Shown here: in pieces, positions 26,528 through 32,000 of the stretch
How the letters are laid out: the number at the start of each line of letters is the position of its first letter
How positions within the stretch are numbered: the first letter of the stretch is position 1
NCBI RefSeq assembly: GCF_000018105.1
Contig: NC_009925.1
Location: 3,180,001-3,212,000 of the forward strand
Source of the DNA: Acaryochloris marina MBIC11017
GTDB lineage: Bacteria; Cyanobacteriota; Cyanobacteriia; Thermosynechococcales; Thermosynechococcaceae
Direction: 5' to 3'
Length of the DNA stretch: 32,000 nt
Notes under the pieces: generated by a model
Database searches by the model: none
What the model was told of the DNA's origin: nothing
What the model saw: the letters and a program-made list of their open reading frames with translations, nothing else
Translations under genes and position numbers: made by a program

Positions 26528-29470
26528 ATGCCTAATTTCAACTCAATCAATGATGGTGATCTAGAAAATGGTAACGGTCCCATTGTGCTGGATGAATTTC
26601 GTGAATCTCTGCGTGTCCGCTCGGGTCAAAATCTACAAACAGGCGATCAAAATAGCGTTGTAACAGAAGGTGTTCTCAACACAGTTGTTGTTGAAGAAAA
26701 TGCTTCGATTGAAAGTAATAACACGGCTGTGGAAGCCAACGGTTTAGCCAGCATCGTCTTGAATCAGGGCACGATTGCGGGTGGGGTGAATGGTGTCAGT
26801 GCGACGGGCAATCGATTCCGATTGTTCAACCGTGGCACCATTGCTTCTGATAGTCGAGCGGTGGATATTAGTGATGGAGATGGCAGCATTGTTGTCAATT
26901 CTGGCTCGATTCTGGGCACAGACGATCAGCGAAACGGCACCCTATATGTCGATGGCACTGTTGATAACTTCCGGCTTCTGAACCAGCGCTCGGGTGTGAT
27001 TGATGCGGGAGAAGGCAATCTTGGCGATGCTGTGTCGGTGCAGGTGGGTGCTGCTAATGATCCTACCAGTGAGCGCATCAATATTGTCAACAATGGTTTA
27101 TTCCAAGGCCGGGGCGATGGCCCAGAGGTCTTTGCCAATGGCACCCGAGTAGGAGCGAATGGATCCAGTGGTCTGCGATTCTTTAATGGTTCAGGACAGC
27201 CCGAAACAGCCGTGAGTGGGTCTGTTATCAATAACGGCACGATTACCGCTGAAGTCAATGTGGGTTTCTTAGGAGGCTTGGTTGTCGAAGATGGTGTGGG
27301 CTTTAACGGGCAGATTATCAATGGCCGTAATGGTCTGATTAATGGTCCTCGAAATGGTCTGTACATTGGTAACGCGGACCATGATCTAACGATTCGCAAT
27401 TTTGGAACGATTCAAAGTGGAAGTCGGGCTGTCAATATCGATGGCACAGGTGTAGATCTGCTGAATAATGGCACCATTATTGGAACCGGCAATCAGCGGA
27501 ATGGCACCGTTTACTCAGATGCCACTGCAGAAAACTACCGGATTTTTAATGGTCCGAACGGCCTTATTGATTCAGGGGTCGGAAATCAAGGTGCAGGAAT
27601 TGCCTTGCAGACCGGTGAGGTTGCTGGTGATGTGGTTCATTCCACATTAACGAACCTTGGTACGATTCAAGGCCGGGGTCAGGCTGCCGCTAACCTAGGT
27701 TTAGCAGGTGATGGTCTCAGAATTTTCTCGGGTGTTGATGGCGGCGGTACGGTCTATCGAGGCAGCATTTTTAACCGAGGCGATATTTTATCCGAGAGTA
27801 CTCAAGGGGCCACTGCTGCTGTTCGCTTTTCAAATGGTCTGGCCTATCAAGGGACCTTAACTAACGCCAGAGGCGGTCTCATTGATGGTGCTCAGAATGG
27901 CTTGTATTTTGGCGATGCTGAGCATGATGCCACGGTGGTCAATCAGGGGACCATTCAAAGCGGGAGCCGGGCGGTCAATATCGATGGTTCTGGAGTCGAT
28001 CTACGTAACTTTGGCCAAATCCTCGGTACGGGTGATCAGCGGAATGGCACCGTCTACTCTGATGCCACAGCCGAAGACTACTCTATTTTCAATGGACGGT
28101 CTGGTTTGATTGATGCTGGTGAAGGCAACCAGGGTGCAGGAATTGCCTTGCAGACAGGTGAGGTTGCTGGCGATGTAGTGCATGCGACGCTGGTTAACCA
28201 AGGCACGATTCAAGGCCGGGGTCAGGCTGCCGCTAACGTAGGTTTGGCGGGTGATGGTCTGCGCATTTTTTCGGGTGTTGATGGTGGCGGCACGGTTTAT
28301 CGAGGCAACATCTTTAATCAGGGCGATATTTTGTCTGAAAGTACCCAAGGTGCAACGGCTGCTGTGCGCTTTGCTAATGGTCTGGCCTATGAAGGGACCT
28401 TAACTAACGCCAGAGGTGGCCTCATTGATGGTGCTCAAAATGGTCTGTATTTTGGGGATGCAGAGCATGATGCCACGGTCATCAATCGCGGCACCATACA
28501 AAGTGGAAGTCGAGCCGTTAATATCGATGGTTCGGGCGTTGATCTACGTAATTTTGGTCAAATCTTGGGAACGGGTGATCAGCGTAACGGTACTGTTTAT
28601 GCCGACTCTACCGCCGAAGAGTATTCCATCTTTAATGGACGTTCAGGTTTGATTGATGCGGGTGAAGGCAATAACGGTGCAGGGGTGTCCTTGCAGACCG
28701 GAGATGAAGATGGCGATATTGTTGAAGCCTCTCTCGGCAATGACGGTATCATTCGAGGTCGTGGTGATAGCACAGGTAATCAGGCTGGTGATGGTGTACG
28801 TCTATTTACAAGTGTGACGGGATCCACAACCTTCGCCGGTGACTTGGATAATCGAGGTCAAATCTTAGGAACCGATGATGGCATCGACATTCAAACTGGG
28901 GTGACGCTAGATGGCGATATCAACAACACAGGTTTAATTAGGGCAGATCAGATTGGCGTCAATATTAGTGGAGCGCTGAATGGTGACTTGAATAACCAAG
29001 GCACCATTACTGGGGGAGCTGCTGCCATTGATGCGAGTGCGGCTACTGCTGGCGTTACCGTCAATAACCAAGGAGCGATCAATGGTGATGTGATTCTGAG
29101 TAACTTTGACGATATCTTTAACGGTGCTGAAGGAACCGTTAATGGCGTCATTGATGGGGGTGGGGGCAACGACCGTTTGATTGGGAGTCGTCAGAACGAG
29201 AATTTCGTGGGTGGCGATGGCCAAGATACGTTTGTGTTTGGAGCGAATTCAGGAACTGATTTTGTCTTAGACTTTTCAACATCAACCGTTAACGGGAGTG
29301 ATGTTCTTGATTTCAGTGCTGTTTTTAGTGATATCAACGAAATTTTGGGGGTTGGCGGTGCTGCTACTCAGGTCGGCACTAGCACCTTGATTGATCTGGG
29401 CAATAACGATTCGGTCTTCCTGGTCAATGTCTCTGTGAATGACCTAACAGCGGATAACTTTATCCTCTAA
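26528..29470 (+). CDS. Large secreted repeat protein: predicted beta-helical, four ~181-aa units, C-terminal RTX Ca-binding nonapeptides. Putative type I secretion substrate (adhesin or S-layer-like).
   Basis: The ATG at 26528 is preceded by GGAGA (26516-26520) with a 7-nt spacer, whereas the track start at 26399 is a TTG. The sequence is rich in Gly, Asn and Asp, with recurring NxGxIxG... rungs. RTX motifs GGGGNDRLIG (29156-29185) and GGDGQDTFVF (29210-29239) are followed by a ~75-aa C-terminal region ending DLTADNFIL. With this start there is no N-terminal signal peptide. Confidence 0.8.
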   Translation: MPNFNSINDGDLENGNGPIVLDEFRESLRVRSGQNLQTGDQNSVVTEGVLNTVVVEENASIESNNTAVEANGLASIVLNQGTIAGGVNGVSATGNRFRLFNRGTIASDSRAVDISDGDGSIVVNSGSILGTDDQRNGTLYVDGTVDNFRLLNQRSGVIDAGEGNLGDAVSVQVGAANDPTSERINIVNNGLFQGRGDGPEVFANGTRVGANGSSGLRFFNGSGQPETAVSGSVINNGTITAEVNVGFLGGLVVEDGVGFNGQIINGRNGLINGPRNGLYIGNADHDLTIRNFGTIQSGSRAVNIDGTGVDLLNNGTIIGTGNQRNGTVYSDATAENYRIFNGPNGLIDSGVGNQGAGIALQTGEVAGDVVHSTLTNLGTIQGRGQAAANLGLAGDGLRIFSGVDGGGTVYRGSIFNRGDILSESTQGATAAVRFSNGLAYQGTLTNARGGLIDGAQNGLYFGDAEHDATVVNQGTIQSGSRAVNIDGSGVDLRNFGQILGTGDQRNGTVYSDATAEDYSIFNGRSGLIDAGEGNQGAGIALQTGEVAGDVVHATLVNQGTIQGRGQAAANVGLAGDGLRIFSGVDGGGTVYRGNIFNQGDILSESTQGATAAVRFANGLAYEGTLTNARGGLIDGAQNGLYFGDAEHDATVINRGTIQSGSRAVNIDGSGVDLRNFGQILGTGDQRNGTVYADSTAEEYSIFNGRSGLIDAGEGNNGAGVSLQTGDEDGDIVEASLGNDGIIRGRGDSTGNQAGDGVRLFTSVTGSTTFAGDLDNRGQILGTDDGIDIQTGVTLDGDINNTGLIRADQIGVNISGALNGDLNNQGTITGGAAAIDASAATAGVTVNNQGAINGDVILSNFDDIFNGAEGTVNGVIDGGGGNDRLIGSRQNENFVGGDGQDTFVFGANSGTDFVLDFSTSTVNGSDVLDFSAVFSDINEILGVGGAATQVGTSTLIDLGNNDSVFLVNVSVNDLTADNFIL
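26762..28948 (+). repeat. In-frame tandem repeat array inside the RTX-like gene: one degenerate unit (26762-27319) plus three 543-bp units (27320-27862, 27863-28405, 28406-28948)
   Basis: The period was measured from AACGCCAGAGG at 27863 and at 28406, giving 543 bp or 181 aa. The unit consensus is ...GLIDGAQNGLYFGDAEHDATVxNxGTIQSGSRAVNIDGSGVDLRNFGQILGTGDQRNGTVYSDATAEDYSIFNGRSGLIDAGEGNQGAGIALQTGEVAGDVVHxTLxNxGTIQGRGQAAANxGLAGDGLRIFSGVDGGGTVYRGxIFNxGDILSESTQGATAAVRFxNGLAYxGTLT. Confidence 0.9.
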
Positions 29471-29478
29471 GTAAGTTA

Positions 29479-29501
29479 GCGGCAGGCTCTGAGCCTGCCG
29501 C
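29479..29501 (+). terminator. GC-rich hairpin 9 nt after the stop of the RTX-like gene, candidate intrinsic terminator
   Basis: GCGGCAGGC-TCTGA-GCCTGCCGC, a 9-bp perfect stem, followed by ATATTCCATCTGTT. The U-tract is only weak. Confidence 0.5.
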
Positions 29502-30192
29502 ATATTCCATCTGTTGGCAGTGCTGATGTGTGGTTTTCATGCCATAGACCGGCAGAATTCTGATTCCAACTCGGTCCTTCAAGAGGCTAACCAATCCATC
29601 TATTTCTCTTCTCAATGTATGGGGGTAATAGCGCATAAATTTTCTCCAACTGACCGATAAGTAGTTGATGCCCCTAACCCTTCATCTCTAGCGCAATTGG
29701 TTCTGATCAAACCATAGGGTTTATGACCAGCCCTAAACTTGTGAAAGCCAATATTAACAAAATTATTTATTCAAGATAGGAATAAATCTAGAAATGATAG
29801 TCCTAAGACTGTAGTTTTTATCAGTTGTTAAACAGGAGGATTAGGAATATCCCAATATAGGTCGAAAACTGATTGTTATTGGCAATATAATTCTCTGTAG
29901 TTTGTAAAACATAAAAGAATTATTTGCCTTAAAAAAATAATTTTACTAGATGTTAATGTCCTGGCTAAGACCTAATTCTAAATTTCTAAATAGATTAATG
30001 AATAGGGTTAGCAGTGTCGAAATGAATATCTTGGTAATGCTTGGAACTGCCTTGTGAAAGTTACATCTTCTCAGAAAGAAGGGTATGGTAACTATACTCT
30101 TCCTTCGTTTATCCTTTCATCTGTTTTATTCCTATAGTCTCTAGATTGATCTTTAGACTTGAATAACTCTCTCTATTAAGAGTATTTTTGAT

Positions 30193-30945
30193 ATGATCTC
30201 TGCTCTACCGATTGTGGATAAAACTGTTCAACCCTCTGATTTAATTCCTTTACTTGGACAGTATCAGCTTCTGCCTCAGTTGCTGAAAGAACTGATTATT
30301 GACCAAGTGATTCAGGATGTGCAATTAAGCTCAGAAGAAGTTGTTCAGGCTGTAGAGCAGTTCTATCGCCAGTATCAAATTGGTGAGGAAGCTAGGCGTG
30401 AGGCCTGGCTAACGCATTACCGGATGACGCCTCAGCAACTGGCGGCCCAAGCTCAACGGCAGATGAAGTTGTATAAATTCAAACTCCAGACTTGGAATAA
30501 CCAGGTAGAGTCTGATTTTCTGCAGCAGAAAGGGCAGTTCGATCAATACGTTTATTCCTTGATCCGAGTCGCAAGTGCTGAAGTGGCTCAAGAGTTGTAC
30601 TTTCGGCTACAAGCGGGTGAACAAGCATTTGCAGATTTGGCAACCAAATATTCTCAAGGGCCTGAAGCACAAACAGGTGGTTTGATTGGTCCTGTCACGG
30701 CTGCTAATCTGCACCCCACATTAGTGCAAATTCTGACCAGCGCTCAACCGGGGCAAGTACGCCCACCCATTCGTTTAGGTGAATGGTTTGTGATTGTCAG
30801 CTTGCAAAAATTGATCTCGGCTCAACTAGATGCCCCACTTCGACAACAATTGCTAGAGCAGCGCTTTAATGAGTGGCTGCAATTGCAACTGCAATCTGTT
30901 GTTGTATCTGATGATTCTATTGCTGTTTCTGCGCAAACACCATGA
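30193..30945 (+). CDS. Parvulin (PpiC)-type peptidyl-prolyl cis-trans isomerase with a SurA/NifM-like N-terminal helical region
   Basis: 250 aa. The rotamase core is ...SLIRVASAEVAQELYFRLQAGEQAFADLATKYSQGPEAQTGGLIGPV...GQVRPPIRLGEWFVIVSL. No signal peptide is evident. Confidence 0.75.
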   Translation: MISALPIVDKTVQPSDLIPLLGQYQLLPQLLKELIIDQVIQDVQLSSEEVVQAVEQFYRQYQIGEEARREAWLTHYRMTPQQLAAQAQRQMKLYKFKLQTWNNQVESDFLQQKGQFDQYVYSLIRVASAEVAQELYFRLQAGEQAFADLATKYSQGPEAQTGGLIGPVTAANLHPTLVQILTSAQPGQVRPPIRLGEWFVIVSLQKLISAQLDAPLRQQLLEQRFNEWLQLQLQSVVVSDDSIAVSAQTP

Positions 30946-32000
30946 CTTCAGCTATCCTTGCCCTAGAATCTTTTCTCAAAGATCTGCCCGGTTTTGACCA
31001 GCTGTCAGAAGCGGTTTTATCTTCGGTGGCGAAAGAGTTTCAACCGTTGCGCTATCCCATGGGCCGTCCGCTGGTCTCTAACCGGGCTATGCCCCAAGAC
31101 TTTACCCTCATCTATCAAGGGCAGGTGCGGCTATTAGGCTATGATCCCCGAACCGATGCTCCAGTGACCCTCAGTCTATTGGGACCAGGTGCTGCAGTGG
31201 GATGGATTAGTCTCGTGCGCCAAATTCCTTGTGAGACAGCCATTGCTTCGGTAGAAACAGTGGGCTTGAAGTTGCCCGCTGCGACCTTTTTAGAGCTGCT
31301 AGACCATGAACCGAGCATTGCCCAAGTCTATGAGCAGCAGCCCAGTGTCTTAGAAGCGTTTGAGGTCCTTGGTCAACAGTTATTGATACGGGCGGATGGT
31401 TCGACGGACCTCAAACGATTGGCAGAACGAGCGTTACCCGACAGTTTGATTCAAAACCGCCCCATACGAGATATCTCCATTGCCCAATTACAACCGAATT
31501 TGGAATGGTTTGTGAGTGGCGGGTCTATTCCTGACTTAGAAGTTGGGCAACCCTTGGAAACTTGTCTAGAGCAGCTCAATGGCACGGTCTCACGTTCAGA
31601 AACGCTCCGGTTGATTGGCTTATCGCCCATCAAGGCCCAGCAGCCAAAGATTGAGCCAGTGGCATCTGCTCCGCAAACCGATGCGTGGGAGGAGATTCCA
31701 GAAGCACCGACGTTGCTGCCTACGGTGGATGAAGCCCCGGTCAAGCATGGCAAATATCCCTTTAAATCAGGTCGGGGTCCTGTTGATGCTCCGCTGGCCT
31801 GTTTTCAAATGCTGGCGCTGCATCTCAACTTGCCATTTCGCAAAGATGTGATTCGACGGATTCTCAAAAACCAAACGGAGCGGAATGGTCCGGGAATTTC
31901 CCTACCGGTCTATGGTGCGATCGCAGAATCGATGGGCTTGCGTGCTCAACTCGTGGAAACTCCTGCCTCAGCTTTTCCTCGCCTTCCCGTTCCTGCTTTG
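30942..32000 (+). CDS. HlyB-like type I secretion ABC exporter, N-terminal part (cNMP-binding-like domain plus C39-like domain); truncated by the window end
   Basis: Not in the ORF track because there is no stop in the window. The ATG at 30942 overlaps the PPIase TGA (ATGA), and the frame is open for 353 codons to base 32000. My translation is MTSAILALESFLKDLPGFDQLSEAVLSSVAKEFQPLRYPMGRPLVSNRAMPQDFTLIYQGQVRLLGYD...GPGAAVGWISLV (cNMP-binding-like beta-roll) ... KHGKYPFKSGRGPVDAPLACFQMLALHLNLPFRKDVIRRILKNQTERNGPGISLPVYGAIAESMGLRAQLVE (the start of a C39-like fold). Confidence 0.78.
   Translation, partial: MTSAILALESFLKDLPGFDQLSEAVLSSVAKEFQPLRYPMGRPLVSNRAMPQDFTLIYQGQVRLLGYDPRTDAPVTLSLLGPGAAVGWISLVRQIPCETAIASVETVGLKLPAATFLELLDHEPSIAQVYEQQPSVLEAFEVLGQQLLIRADGSTDLKRLAERALPDSLIQNRPIRDISIAQLQPNLEWFVSGGSIPDLEVGQPLETCLEQLNGTVSRSETLRLIGLSPIKAQQPKIEPVASAPQTDAWEEIPEAPTLLPTVDEAPVKHGKYPFKSGRGPVDAPLACFQMLALHLNLPFRKDVIRRILKNQTERNGPGISLPVYGAIAESMGLRAQLVETPASAFPRLPVPAL

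Noticed and set aside
26528-26640. Possible double-glycine leader in the repeat protein (MPNFNSINDGDLENGNG...), which a C39 peptidase would cleave
   Set aside because: There is no LSxxELxxIxGG-like pattern and no GG/GA/GS dipeptide in the right context. In addition, the adjacent C39-like domain appears to lack the catalytic Cys.
26926-27399. 157-aa antisense ORF inside the repeat gene, with similar frame-shadow ORFs at 27468-28652 and 28934-29224
   Set aside because: These are Pro/Ser/Thr/Arg-rich shadows of a Gly/Asn/Asp-rich repetitive coding strand. They are fully nested in a much longer ORF with clear domain logic.
29521-29760. A 57-codon open frame on the minus strand (…GHKPYGLIRTNCARDEGLGASTTYRSVGENLCAITPIH) as a possible gene remnant or transposase HTH
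   Set aside because: It has no start codon and no recognisable family, and its length is within chance expectation. It would need a translated database search to revive.
29471-30192. Small ORFs that could encode bacteriocin or GG-leader peptides next to the C39/ABC gene
   Set aside because: The only short ORFs I found are 6-26 codons long, for example MNRVSSVEMNILVMLGTAL on the plus strand and MKTTHQHCQQMEYAAG... on the minus strand across the terminator hairpin. They have no ribosome-binding site and no GG motif. The same holds for 25735-26527.

Overview
Chromosomal segment of a cyanobacterium. I count at least 10 copies of the HIP1 octamer GCGATCGC, and the gene content is typical: ntcA, glnB, glyQ, ssb, fabI, aroE, a Fur-family regulator, HesB/IscA and a YacP/NYN protein. 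Most of 1.9-25.7 kb is densely packed housekeeping and regulatory genes on both strands. It includes the nitrogen-control pair ntcA (with a consensus GTA-N8-TAC NtcA box upstream) and glnB only about 2.8 kb apart. Two parts look accessory. (1) The left edge carries a partial gene missing from the ORF track, on the minus strand at 1-1200. It encodes an EF-hand NOX5-type NADPH oxidase. A 750-bp very AT-rich spacer follows, holding a perfect 32-bp inverted repeat. (2) The right third (about 25.7-32 kb) looks like a type I secretion module. It has a roughly 980-aa repeat protein built from about 181-aa (543-bp) tandem units ending in RTX GGxGxD nonapeptides, bracketed by AT-rich spacers. Next comes a parvulin-type PPIase whose stop overlaps (ATGA) the start of a second gene missing from the ORF track (30942 to the window end). 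That gene is the N-terminus of an HlyB-like exporter with a cNMP-binding-like domain and a C39-like domain that seems to lack the catalytic Cys. This module is the best candidate for something poorly described, but I cannot show it is novel without database searches. I found no tRNA, rRNA, CRISPR array or clear transposase. All calls come from reading the translations and sequence by eye; no searches were run.
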